In this document: positions 8,267 through 16,720 of the stretch, piece after piece | How positions within the stretch are numbered: the first letter of the stretch is position 1 | Layout: each line of letters opens with the position of its first letter | Virus record (IMG/VR): IMGVR_UViG_2718217714_000002 | Coordinates: 1 to 20,207 of that record | Reading direction: 5' to 3' (one strand) | From: a virus | Lineage: Duplodnaviria > Heunggongvirae > Uroviricota > Caudoviricetes | DNA: 20,207 nucleotides | Program-made: the position numbers and the translations under genes | The notes under the pieces: generated by a model | Database searches by the model: none | Told to the model about the DNA's origin: nothing | Seen by the model: only the letters and a program-made list of their open reading frames with translations

Positions 8267-9610
8267 ATGGCTACTTATGCTTCTTATTTACCAGAATCAC
8301 AAATTATCACTTTGTGCAAGGATTTCCCAGCGTTTACTGATCCTGAAAAATTAGATGGATTCATTAATCCAGAACAGTTTGGCGTGTTTTTTCATGAGTG
8401 GATTCATTTTCTTCACAATATTTCCACAATTAATGGGTTTTCTATTTTTTGCACGCAAAACATCCTGTGGTCTAATTTTCGCTGGGCAATGGACAATCAG
8501 GATGTATGTCTTGGTTCAAATGACATGGATCCAGCACATATCGAATCAAACAAAAATTTTCTCAGTTACATTCGTTCCAATAGGAGTCCGCATAAATGTA
8601 ACTTACCTTATTATGTAAAAGTAAACGACTTGTATTTTGAGGATGCAATAATCCATGACATGGAGGTTGCTGACGGTAGTGTTATATGTACATCATTAAT
8701 AAAGTGTAGAATTTCTCATTCTGAAAACAAATACGATCTAGATTTAGGCGTGCTTGAAATACTTGAATCCGCAGCTTTTATGCTTGAATGTAAGTGTATT
8801 AATGCGATGAATGGCTTCCCTCAAGAGGCACCCTTTTATCCGTATCATACTATCAAGGGCTTAGCAGCGAAAATTGCTCCGTCATTAAATGATGAAGATA
8901 TTATTTGTTGTATGTTAGCTTCTTTGCAATCTAATAACCCTCCCCAAGTATTATTCAATCTACTACATAAATGTGAATTATTACATTCTGATTGTAGGTA
9001 TGAACATCTAGTGGCGGAGGTGAAAAAACAATTAAGCGAACAAGATCAAATAATAAGCGAGTCACTTAATCAAATAATTCAAATGATTCCTGTTGATGAA
9101 CCGATGGGAAACTTTATCAAGCTTACTCTTAACAGAATAAGTAACAATTTGAACTATAGAAAGCAAAAACCGTTTTTTGAGTTAGATATAATAAAAAAAA
9201 TAGCAGAAAAAACTGAGTTTATGAATGAAGTAATACAGAAATTCGGTGGTTGCACTATCATCCAGGTAAGACATGGAGATGATAATGAACCACAGCGTGA
9301 TATTATGTATGACTTTTGCTTACCTGAAAATAATGATTCAATTTTATTTGGTTCGAAAATGCTACGCGCTTGTTTTCACTTTATATTTATTCACTTTAAA
9401 CTTTCTGGTGAAATCATGAAGACAGAAGAATTAAATATTTCGCCGCGTAATAAATGCCCATTTTATACTGTTTGCTGTGCATCAATTCGAGCTAATAATA
9501 GTAATATCTGCGCTGAATCCCCTTGGAAATCAATGTCTATTGATGACAACAAAGGTTGTTATTATGCAGCAGCGATTAAAGCTACTAACCCACCAGTTTT
9601 GCCGGATTAA
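8267..9610 (+). CDS. Hypothetical 447-aa protein with N-terminal HExxH motif (possible zinc metallopeptidase-like), in an AT-rich island
   Basis: Long ORF with AGAGGA SD. FFHEWIHFLHN at residues about 41-51. Cys-rich C-terminal part. Markedly AT-rich by eye relative to neighbours. No family recognised. Confidence 0.6.
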   Translation: MATYASYLPESQIITLCKDFPAFTDPEKLDGFINPEQFGVFFHEWIHFLHNISTINGFSIFCTQNILWSNFRWAMDNQDVCLGSNDMDPAHIESNKNFLSYIRSNRSPHKCNLPYYVKVNDLYFEDAIIHDMEVADGSVICTSLIKCRISHSENKYDLDLGVLEILESAAFMLECKCINAMNGFPQEAPFYPYHTIKGLAAKIAPSLNDEDIICCMLASLQSNNPPQVLFNLLHKCELLHSDCRYEHLVAEVKKQLSEQDQIISESLNQIIQMIPVDEPMGNFIKLTLNRISNNLNYRKQKPFFELDIIKKIAEKTEFMNEVIQKFGGCTIIQVRHGDDNEPQRDIMYDFCLPENNDSILFGSKMLRACFHFIFIHFKLSGEIMKTEELNISPRNKCPFYTVCCASIRANNSNICAESPWKSMSIDDNKGCYYAAAIKATNPPVLPD

Positions 9611-10156
9611 GAATAGTGTTCTATCTGATAAATATAAAATATTTAAGGTCAGGTCTGCTTATCGCTCAAAGCGGACTAGAAGGTTAGCTTGCGTCGGACT
9701 TGGCGTATTTAAAGAAGTACTGGTGGTGACTGGTTGTTGTGTTCCATTTCTACAGAACAAAATCACAGAAACTATACCCAATAGTTGTATCTCATCAATG
9801 ATGAGACAGCCTCATATTTATCAGGACTGGTGTACGTCCAATACAGGAGGTTGTCGTGCTGGTTCTCAAATGTGCGCTGGCTATTGCAGCTGTAATGGCA
9901 ATTTATTGTCTTGCTGTTGTTCTTATGGATCGCCTTTCTGATTGATTTTATATTGGCGAGGTAACGGGAGTTAAGTAGAATGGCTGCGGGTGCTTGAGGC
10001 TATCTGTCTCAGGCATGAACACCAAAGGCAGATAGAGAAAAGCCCCAGTTAACATTACGCGTCCTGCAAGACGCTTAACATTAATCTGAGGCTCAATCTA
10101 TGAACGGCAAATCTAGGTTAGCCTCTTACGTGCCGAAAGGCAAGGAGAAGCAGGCT

Positions 10157-10312
10157 ATGAAGCAGCAAAAGGCGATGTTAATCGCCCTGATCGTCATCTG
10201 TTTAACCGTCATAGTGACGGCACTGGTAACGAGGAAAGACCTCTGCGAGGTACGAATCCGAACCGGCCAGACGGAGGTCGCTGTCTTCACAGCTTACGAA
10301 CCTGAGGAGTAA
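10157..10312 (+). CDS. hokD: Hok/Gef-family type I toxin (HokD/RelF-like, 51 aa)
   Basis: MKQQKAMLIALIVICLTVIVTALVTRKDLCEVRIRTGQTEVAVFTAYEPEE matches Hok-family sequence as recalled. AAGGAG SD upstream. Overlapping upstream mok-like frame from 10100. 5' tac-like (about 9985-10000) and 3' fbi-like (about 10350-10376) complementary elements. Confidence 0.85.
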   Translation: MKQQKAMLIALIVICLTVIVTALVTRKDLCEVRIRTGQTEVAVFTAYEPEE

Positions 10313-10379
10313 GAGACCAGGCGGGGGAGAATCCCTCGCCACCTCTGATGTGTCAGGCATCCTCAACGCACCCGCACTT

Positions 10380-10406
10380 AACCCGCTTCGGCGGGTTTTG
10401 TTTTTT
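10380..10406 (+). terminator. Rho-independent terminator of the hok mRNA
   Basis: AACCCGC-TTCG-GCGGGTT stem-loop followed by TTGTTTTTT. Confidence 0.65.
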
Positions 10407-10478
10407 CCTAGCATTCTGGTTTACAATTCGCACGCCAGCCTGAACAACTGGCACCTGCTGCGCCAGCAGAGACAACCG

Positions 10479-10757
10479 ATGGCGCACGATACCAAATTAC
10501 ACAATTCTGATGATTCTGCCGTCTTTGCCAGCAGGCACGGGCGGCGTTCCCGCACTTTCAAATCTGACTGGTTCCAGCATCCCCCATGCACTGAAGAACA
10601 GGCCGAGTGGCTAATTCAGTGCTACCGCAGACACGGATACGAGATTAAGAAAGCCCTCAGCCTCGATTATCGTCACTGGATAATCTCCGTCAGGCTTCCT
10701 TACTCCGAACGCCCACCGCGTCCGTCCCGCACATTCCAGCAACGCATCTGGAGGTAA
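10479..10757 (+). CDS. Hypothetical prophage protein (92 aa)
   Basis: The track ORF from 10350 is trimmed to the Met after the hok terminator. Stop overlaps the SD/GTG start of the next gene. No family recognised. Confidence 0.35.
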   Translation: MAHDTKLHNSDDSAVFASRHGRRSRTFKSDWFQHPPCTEEQAEWLIQCYRRHGYEIKKALSLDYRHWIISVRLPYSERPPRPSRTFQQRIWR

Positions 10758-10758
10758 C

Positions 10759-11805
10759 GTGCGGGTATTACTTCGACCTGTTCTGGTACCGAAACTCGGG
10801 CTGGTGATCGTTAAGCCGGGCCGGGAATCCATGCCGGTATTCCACAATACCCGGGTACTGGTGGAGCCGGAACCGAAAAGCATGCGTAATCTGCCGTCCG
10901 GGGTCGTTCCTGCCGTTCGCCAGCCGCTAGTGGAAGACAAAACATTGCTGCCGTTTTTCAGTAACGCACGGGTGATTCGTGCTGCTGGTGGTGCTGGTGC
11001 ATTGTCTGACTGGCTGTTGCGCCATATTAAATCCTGCCAGTGGCCTCATGGTGATTACCATCACAGCGAAACCGTCATACATCGTTACGGTGCTGGCGCG
11101 ATGGTGTTGTGCTGGCACTGTGACAACCAGTTGCGTGACCAGTCCTCCGAATCACTTGAGCAACTTGCTCACCAAAACCTGTCAGCATGGATGATTGACG
11201 TCATGCGCCATGCAATGAATGGCACACAGGAGCGGGAATTATCGCTGGCTGAATTATCCTGGTGGGCTGTCTGCAATCAGGTGGCGGACGCACTACCGGA
11301 GGTAGTATTACGTCGTTCTCTGGGGTTACGTGCGGAAAAAATTCGCTCGGTGTACCGCGAAAGCGACATCGTACCGGGAGAGCAGACCGCCACCAGCATA
11401 CTGAAGCAGCGCACAAAAAATCTTGCGCCGCTGCCTCACGCCCACCAGCAAAATCCACCACAGGAAAAGACGGTGGTCAGCATTGCTGTTGATCCGGAGT
11501 CTCCGGAATCTTTCATGAAGCGACCTAAACGTCGCCGTTGGGTAAATGAGAAATATACGCGCTGGGTAAAGACACAGCCGTGTGCGTGTTGTGGTAAGCC
11601 AGCCGACGATCCCCATCACCTGATTGGTCATGGTCAGGGCGGAATAGGGACAAAATCCCACGATATTTTCACGCTACCGCTGTGTCGGGAGCATCACAAC
11701 GAGCTTCATGCGGATCCGCTGGCGTTCGAAGAAAAGCATGGTTCCCAGATTGATTTAATTTTTCGTTTTCTTGATCGCGCCTTTGCAACCGGCGTGCTCG
11801 GGTAA
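10759..11805 (+). CDS. DUF968-containing prophage protein (YdfU-like), C-terminal HNH/zinc-binding-like motif
   Basis: 348 aa, GTG start after GGAGG. C-terminus CACCGKPADDPHHL...LCREHHNELH, a Cys/His cluster typical of DUF968 proteins found upstream of Q in Qin-type prophages. Confidence 0.7.
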   Translation: MRVLLRPVLVPKLGLVIVKPGRESMPVFHNTRVLVEPEPKSMRNLPSGVVPAVRQPLVEDKTLLPFFSNARVIRAAGGAGALSDWLLRHIKSCQWPHGDYHHSETVIHRYGAGAMVLCWHCDNQLRDQSSESLEQLAHQNLSAWMIDVMRHAMNGTQERELSLAELSWWAVCNQVADALPEVVLRRSLGLRAEKIRSVYRESDIVPGEQTATSILKQRTKNLAPLPHAHQQNPPQEKTVVSIAVDPESPESFMKRPKRRRWVNEKYTRWVKTQPCACCGKPADDPHHLIGHGQGGIGTKSHDIFTLPLCREHHNELHADPLAFEEKHGSQIDLIFRFLDRAFATGVLG

Positions 11806-11817
11806 AAGAGGTTACTG

Positions 11818-12189
11818 ATGCGTATAGAGTTTGTTTTGCCTTACCCGCCGACGGTGAACACCTACTGGCGTCGTCGTGGCAGCACATATTTTGTATCAAA
11901 AGCCGGTGAGCGTTATCGCCGGGATGTGGCACTTATTGTCCGCCAGCAGCGGCTGAAATTAAACCTGTCCGGAAGGCTGGCAATAAAAATTACTGCAGAG
12001 CCGCCGGATAAGCGCCGTCGGGACCTGGACAATATCCTGAAAGCACCGCTGGATGCACTGACGCATGCGGGGCTTCTCATAGACGACGAGCAGTTTGATG
12101 AAATCAATATTGTGCGCGGTAAGCTCGTTCCTGGTGGTCGGCTGGGCGTGAAGATTTGCGAAATTAGAGGTGATAGTAATGGGGCGTGA
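11818..12189 (+). CDS. rusA: Crossover junction endodeoxyribonuclease RusA (Holliday junction resolvase)
   Basis: 123 aa with the RusA-family core RRRDLDN and surrounding pattern. Located in the nin region before Q. Confidence 0.8.
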   Translation: MRIEFVLPYPPTVNTYWRRRGSTYFVSKAGERYRRDVALIVRQQRLKLNLSGRLAIKITAEPPDKRRRDLDNILKAPLDALTHAGLLIDDEQFDEINIVRGKLVPGGRLGVKICEIRGDSNGA

Positions 12190-12532
12190 TATGTATGAGG
12201 TTTTAGACCGCTGGGGGGCATGGGCTGCAGCAGAAAATAGTGGTGTCGATTGGCAACCGATAGCAGCGGGCTTCAAGGGGCTTTTACCTCATGGCAAAAA
12301 GTCACGGATTCAGTGTGATGATGACGAAGGCATTATGATAGACAGTTGTGTGGCTCGGTTGAGAAGGTATAAACCAGAGGAATATGAGCTCATCATAGCC
12401 CACTTTGTTATTGGTATCTCATTACGCACTATTGCCAAAAAGAGAAGGTGTTCAGATGGCACGATTAGAAAGGAATTACAAACTGCAATTGGTTTTGTAG
12501 AGGGTATTACGAGCGTTATTGCATGTAAATAA
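12179..12532 (+). CDS. Late-gene antitermination protein Q (short Q, quuD/quuQ-like)
   Basis: MGRDMYEVLDRWGAWAA...IAAGFKGL... aligns with the N-terminus of DLP12 QuuD as recalled (MRDIQMVLERWGAW...AAGFKGL). Start chosen at ATG 12179 (AGAGG SD 9 nt upstream); the track ORF starts at 12170. Confidence 0.7.
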   Translation: MGRDMYEVLDRWGAWAAAENSGVDWQPIAAGFKGLLPHGKKSRIQCDDDEGIMIDSCVARLRRYKPEEYELIIAHFVIGISLRTIAKKRRCSDGTIRKELQTAIGFVEGITSVIACK

Positions 12533-12537
12533 AAGCT

Positions 12538-12559
12538 AAAAGCCACCGTAGTGGCTTTT
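12538..12559. terminator. Bidirectional rho-independent terminator between Q (+) and the converging minus-strand cargo operon
   Basis: AAAAGCCAC-CGTA-GTGGCTTTT. T-rich 3' flank on both strands (AGCATTTT on plus, AGCTTTTATTT on minus). Confidence 0.6.
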
Positions 12560-12565
12560 AGCATT

Positions 12566-12715
12566 TTAGGATTGTGCAGGTAATGTTTTGTTCAATTTAG
12601 TAAAGAAGTTAGATTGGCTTGTTACAGTACGTCGACTCTTTCCAGAAGTACTCAACTGAAAGAAATCATTGATGCTTTTGGGTTGAGTTCTTTCATAGGC
12701 TTGCTTAAGTGACAT
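12566..12715 (-). CDS. Candidate small ORF (49 aa) immediately downstream of the proteasome-like gene
   Basis: My own translation of the reverse complement: MSLKQAYERTQPKSINDFFQLSTSGKSRRTVTSQSNFFTKLNKTLPAQS. Possible GGGGA SD about 5 nt upstream. Below the ORF-track size cut-off. Coding status unproven. Confidence 0.25.
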   Translation of the reverse strand: MSLKQAYERTQPKSINDFFQLSTSGKSRRTVTSQSNFFTKLNKTLPAQS

Positions 12716-12738
12716 GTGTTCCCCTTGTCTATTTGTTG

Positions 12739-14022
12739 CTATGACCGTGAAAAGTAGTGATGGTTCAGTTCTTTTGCAAAATAGTGCTTACGTTTAACCC
12801 AGATAAAACCATCAGCTTTAGAAATGATTGCAACATCTATGGGGCCTCCCACTGTTTCAGTATCATCGGAGACCTTGCGCTTGAAAGCGGTTAAATTTAC
12901 TAATGATTCAGCCATATAAGCTAAATCTTGCTTGGGTAAAAACTCGATCATATTTACGACTTTGTCAACATAGTTTTCTCGGACAAAGCTATCAATACGC
13001 CCCTTGCAATCGGAAACAGTTCTGCGCACTACATCAACTATAGCATCCTTGGCTCCTTCGATATCTGAAGTGGGCACCAAATCTGTGATTACTGAATCAA
13101 TACCATCAAGTAAATCGCCGATAGAACGTTGATACTCAGCATGAAGATTTTGGATAAGATGTGAACTAGCTCCTTGCATGAAAGCAGAAACTTCATCCTC
13201 TTGCGCAAAGGGAGTCACGCCGCAATTAGGAGTGATGCAGCACTTGTCAGCATCTGTGGTTTTCCTTATTTTATCATTAAAGAAGCCACAAACTTCATAT
13301 GATAATACTTTAGGGTAATAGTCTTTATCGCCATAACCTGCAATCACAATCCCAGAGACGGAACCAATATCACTTTGCTTGCATATCATAGCTGCCAATA
13401 CATCACTAACTGCTTTTGTCAACTGTGGAGTTATGGATATTGAATCAAAGTCACTAAACTTTTGAGCAATGATGCGTTGGGTAATTGATGAAGCATAGGT
13501 TTGGGCTGCTTGTTCATCATCCGGAGTAAAACCATCAAAGTAATTAATATCAGATAATTTTGTAAGGAGATCGTTGCAATAATTCGTGAGGTCTGTAACA
13601 AATTGATTCTTATCGAAGTTAACGAGATATGTTGGTTCGAGACCTTCAGAAAAAGCATCAACAAGCATGCTGAATACAATCTCGCTCAGGAAGTGATAAA
13701 GATGAGCCTCACGCATACCTGGTGTGATGATTGATTTAGCTGACTGTAGATAATTGAAGAAATCCTCAGCATATTCCTCCAAAGAGTCAAAACATTTAGA
13801 GCCTAAATCCTTTCTATAAGCCTTAATGATAAGCTCCCATGGAGCTGTGCAGAGATCACCAGTTCCATATACCATCAAACCTACAGGATGATGTTTAGTG
13901 AGAGCGAAAAGCTTTTCAGCGCCATTATAGATTTTATGTTTGCCGCCTCCAGAAATCGTTACAGCTGAATCTGCGGCTAAAGCTACTGCGGTCTTGTTAA
14001 ATACGGCTATTTCTGCTGTCAT
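12739..14022 (-). CDS. Enlarged proteasome beta-subunit/HslV-like (Ntn-hydrolase fold) protein, 427 aa
   Basis: N-terminus M-TAEIAVFNKTAVALAADSAVT...EKLFAL...GLMVYGTGD aligns by eye with HslV and archaeal 20S beta (Thr1, Asp17, Lys about 33-36). C-terminus VGGPIDVAIISKADGFIWV matches the beta-subunit SGGMIDVAVITRKDGYV motif. About 200 extra residues lie between. AT-rich, no canonical SD. Confidence 0.7.
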   Translation of the reverse strand: MTAEIAVFNKTAVALAADSAVTISGGGKHKIYNGAEKLFALTKHHPVGLMVYGTGDLCTAPWELIIKAYRKDLGSKCFDSLEEYAEDFFNYLQSAKSIITPGMREAHLYHFLSEIVFSMLVDAFSEGLEPTYLVNFDKNQFVTDLTNYCNDLLTKLSDINYFDGFTPDDEQAAQTYASSITQRIIAQKFSDFDSISITPQLTKAVSDVLAAMICKQSDIGSVSGIVIAGYGDKDYYPKVLSYEVCGFFNDKIRKTTDADKCCITPNCGVTPFAQEDEVSAFMQGASSHLIQNLHAEYQRSIGDLLDGIDSVITDLVPTSDIEGAKDAIVDVVRRTVSDCKGRIDSFVRENYVDKVVNMIEFLPKQDLAYMAESLVNLTAFKRKVSDDTETVGGPIDVAIISKADGFIWVKRKHYFAKELNHHYFSRS

Positions 14023-14132
14023 TTTTTACATAGGGTTTATATGTTGTGTAATGAGAAAAATACAAAAAAATTAACGCGTACGCAAAAATTCTTGTAATCT
14101 GTTAAGAGTGGTTACTTCGCCACACAGCTTAA

Positions 14133-14157
14133 ACCCGCCGTCGAGCGGGTTTTTTTG
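14133..14157 (+). terminator. Plus-strand intrinsic terminator-like hairpin in the divergent promoter region
   Basis: ACCCGC-CGTCGA-GCGGGT followed by TTTTTTTG. No plus-strand gene lies upstream of it. Confidence 0.45.
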
Positions 14158-14254
14158 TACCTGTAAACTTGGTGCAGTACGGTAAACACGCTGGTGGTAG
14201 TGAATACTGACTTTTTATCTTGCTGGCTTTTTAGACAAGAGTTATTGGTATGTC

Positions 14255-14473
14255 ATGTTAACCAGAAGGGAAAAAGACATGCTAAAACAGCAAGATATGA
14301 CAGAAACGGCGAAAGTTGTTTTTAATGAATTAAGCATCGAACCGGCAACAGTCGGGGAGATTGCACAAAACACATACCTTTCACGCGAACGCTGTCAGTT
14401 AATACTGACCCAGTTGGTTATGGCGGGGCTGGCAGATTACCAGTTCGGCTGTTACAGACGTCTTCAGCAATGA
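14255..14473 (+). CDS. Small hypothetical protein (72 aa), possible DNA-binding
   Basis: ORF upstream of and co-directional with the methyltransferase. Helix-rich segment ATVGEIAQNTYLSRERCQLILTQL. Start uncertain (alternative Mets at 14279 and 14297). Confidence 0.4.
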   Translation: MLTRREKDMLKQQDMTETAKVVFNELSIEPATVGEIAQNTYLSRERCQLILTQLVMAGLADYQFGCYRRLQQ

Positions 14474-14622
14474 AGGGCTTTTAATTTGTGAAAATGGGCG
14501 GCTGGTGGGTGTTGGTAGCACCTGCCAGCCATTCGCTCATGCTTACTGGTCACAAGCGAACCACGGCCCACTGCTTTAGCGCAAAAGCAGAGTGAGCCTA
14601 CCAGAGTTACGCTTACTGATCC

Positions 14623-15669
14623 ATGAAAAATACTGTAAAAATAAACAGTGTTGATTTAATCAACGCTGATTGCCTGCATTTTATTCAGTCCCTGCCTGAT
14701 GATTCCATTGACCTGATTGTTACCGATCCGCCTTACTTCAAGGTGAAACCCAACGGTTGGGACAATCAGTGGAAAGGGGACGAAGATTACCTTAAGTGGC
14801 TGGACCACTGTTTGGCCCAGTTCTGGCGGGTGTTGAAACCTGCCGGAAGCCTTTACCTGTTCTGTGGGCATCGCCTGGCATCTGATATCGAAATCATGAT
14901 GCGTGAACGCTTTAATGTGCTGAACCACATTATCTGGGCGAAGCCGTCCGGACGCTGGAACGGATGCAACAAGGAAAGCCTGCGGGCGTATTTCCCGGCA
15001 ACAGAGCGCATTCTGTTTGCTGAACATTATCAGGGGCCATACCAGCCCAAAAATGACGGCTATGCGGCAAAGGGGCGCGAGCTTAAACAGTGCGTCATGG
15101 CCCCGCTGATTTCTTACTTTCGTGATGCGCGAGAATCTCTGGGGATAACATCAAAACAGATAGCGGAAGCCACCGGAAAGAAAAACATGGCGTCACACTG
15201 GTTTGGTGCCAGTCAGTGGCAGTTGCCGAACGAGGCTGATTACAAAAAACTTCAGGCGCTGTTCGCGCGTGTTGCAGCAGAAAAACACCAGCGCGGGGAG
15301 CTGGAAAAGCCGCACCACCAGCTGGTCAGCACATACAGTGAACTGAACCGGCAATATGCCAGCCTGCAGGAGGAGTATAAATCCCTGCGGCGTTATTTTT
15401 CCGTATCAGCTGCTGTTCCGTATACGGATGTCTGGACGCACAAGCCTGTGCAGTATTATCCAGGCAAACATCCCTGTGAAAAACCGGCAGATATGTTGCG
15501 TCAGATAATTACTGCCAGCAGTCGCCCCGGTGATTTGGTCGCTGATTTTTTTATGGGGTCTGGCTCAACAATAAAAGCAGCACTTTCACTGGGACGTCGC
15601 GCAATTGGCGTGGAACTGGAAGAAGAGAGATTTAATCAGACTGTAACTGAAATAAAAAATAATCGTTAA
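14623..15669 (+). CDS. DNA methyltransferase, beta-class (N6-adenine or N4-cytosine), orphan
   Basis: DLIVTDPPY (motif IV) near the N-terminus and FFMGSGST (motif I, SAM-binding) near the C-terminus. No restriction endonuclease candidate nearby. Confidence 0.8.
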   Translation: MKNTVKINSVDLINADCLHFIQSLPDDSIDLIVTDPPYFKVKPNGWDNQWKGDEDYLKWLDHCLAQFWRVLKPAGSLYLFCGHRLASDIEIMMRERFNVLNHIIWAKPSGRWNGCNKESLRAYFPATERILFAEHYQGPYQPKNDGYAAKGRELKQCVMAPLISYFRDARESLGITSKQIAEATGKKNMASHWFGASQWQLPNEADYKKLQALFARVAAEKHQRGELEKPHHQLVSTYSELNRQYASLQEEYKSLRRYFSVSAAVPYTDVWTHKPVQYYPGKHPCEKPADMLRQIITASSRPGDLVADFFMGSGSTIKAALSLGRRAIGVELEEERFNQTVTEIKNNR

Positions 15670-15739
15670 ATATGCATTTAATAATTTCTTTATTTCATAA
15701 AAAATAAAAATATATACGTATATTTACAAATCTTGATAT

Positions 15740-15767
15740 GATTTTCCATTGAAAAGAGAGCTGGCAT
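15740..15767 (+). promoter_or_regulatory. Candidate sigma70 promoter for the tRNA pair
   Basis: TTGAAA (15740-15745), 16-nt spacer, TAATAT (15762-15767), about 70 nt upstream of the first tRNA. Pattern match only. Confidence 0.3.
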
Positions 15768-15837
15768 TATTAATATCGGTACCCGGTTCCGAAGGGGATG
15801 TAAGCGCGGTCATTTTTATTTCTCTTGAGGAACCTGT

Positions 15838-15913
<76 letters not shown>

Positions 15914-15916
15914 TAT

Positions 15917-15991
<75 letters not shown>

Positions 15992-16349
15992 GAGAAACAA
16001 GCCTTATTGTATCGTTGCACTGGCGTATTTTTTATTGCGTGGGAGCAGGTTGTTTTTAAAAGGCATTCTGTTTTCTGGCTGTGATTTGAGGTCGGTTATA
16101 GCCACAGTGCTGTTTTTTACACCACTGGAATGGTGCATTATCGGTGGAAATTGAGCATTTCCTGACAGGGGCCGATGATGCACTATCCCGGTGTTGTAAA
16201 TAACACTACAGAGGTGTTCCTCAGTGCGAGGGTGGTTTATGTAACTGTTTAGCGGGAAACCACAGTATTCATGGAGAGATGGATACTTCGGGGGGCACCC
16301 GACACCTCTGTTTTTCTACTACAAAAATGATTCATCTCTGGCATTTTTC

Positions 16350-16376
16350 AACCGCCGTTCCGGGCGGTTTTTTTTA
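16350..16376 (+). terminator. Intrinsic terminator in the tRNA-to-lysis intergenic region
   Basis: AACCGCC-GTTCCG-GGCGGTT followed by a T9 run. Confidence 0.5.
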
Positions 16377-16697
16377 TTCTGAACTCAGAAAAGAATACAC
16401 GGGCATTGATATTACCCGTGTGGCAAGGCCATGAAAGCCAATAATGAACTGAGCGCAAAAAAAGCGCGGCTGTCGGATTAACGCCGCGGGACAAAGTCCG
16501 TGAAGAAGAATAAGCATCAGTCTCCTCCAGGAGACGATTTGATATTACTAAGCTTTAAAAATGGTTTAAACCCCCGGATTAACCTTAATTTCAGATAAGC
16601 TTTATTTCATTTTCTCCGAGCCACGTCAGGCGCATATCACATCAGATAACACCACATAAAAGGTATCTGCGGGTGCCTTTCACGGGGTGTTTTTTTA

Positions 16698-16720
16698 CGG
16701 GCCGCTGGTGGCCCTTTTTT
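16698..16720 (+). terminator. Intrinsic terminator immediately upstream of the holin gene (tR'-like position)
   Basis: GGGCC-GCTGGT-GGCCC followed by TTTTTT, then AGGAG SD and ATG at 16739. A second T-run hairpin-like element lies just upstream (about 16680-16696). Confidence 0.5.

Noticed and set aside
9477-9941. 154-aa Cys-rich ORF overlapping the 3' end of the 447-aa gene
   Set aside because: It is out of frame with and largely inside the well-supported 447-aa gene, with no SD at its start. The Cys-rich tail is probably an alternative-frame artefact. A short ORF in a different frame at 9856-9945 is reported separately.
10350-10478. Upstream extension of the ORF following hok (track start at 10350)
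   Set aside because: The extension would run through the hok 3' fbi element and terminator hairpin, so the start was moved to the Met at 10479.
16500-16570. Late promoter PR' assignment (TTGATA at 16539-16544)
   Set aside because: No acceptable -10 hexamer at 16-18 nt spacing, so a promoter call could not be supported from sequence alone.
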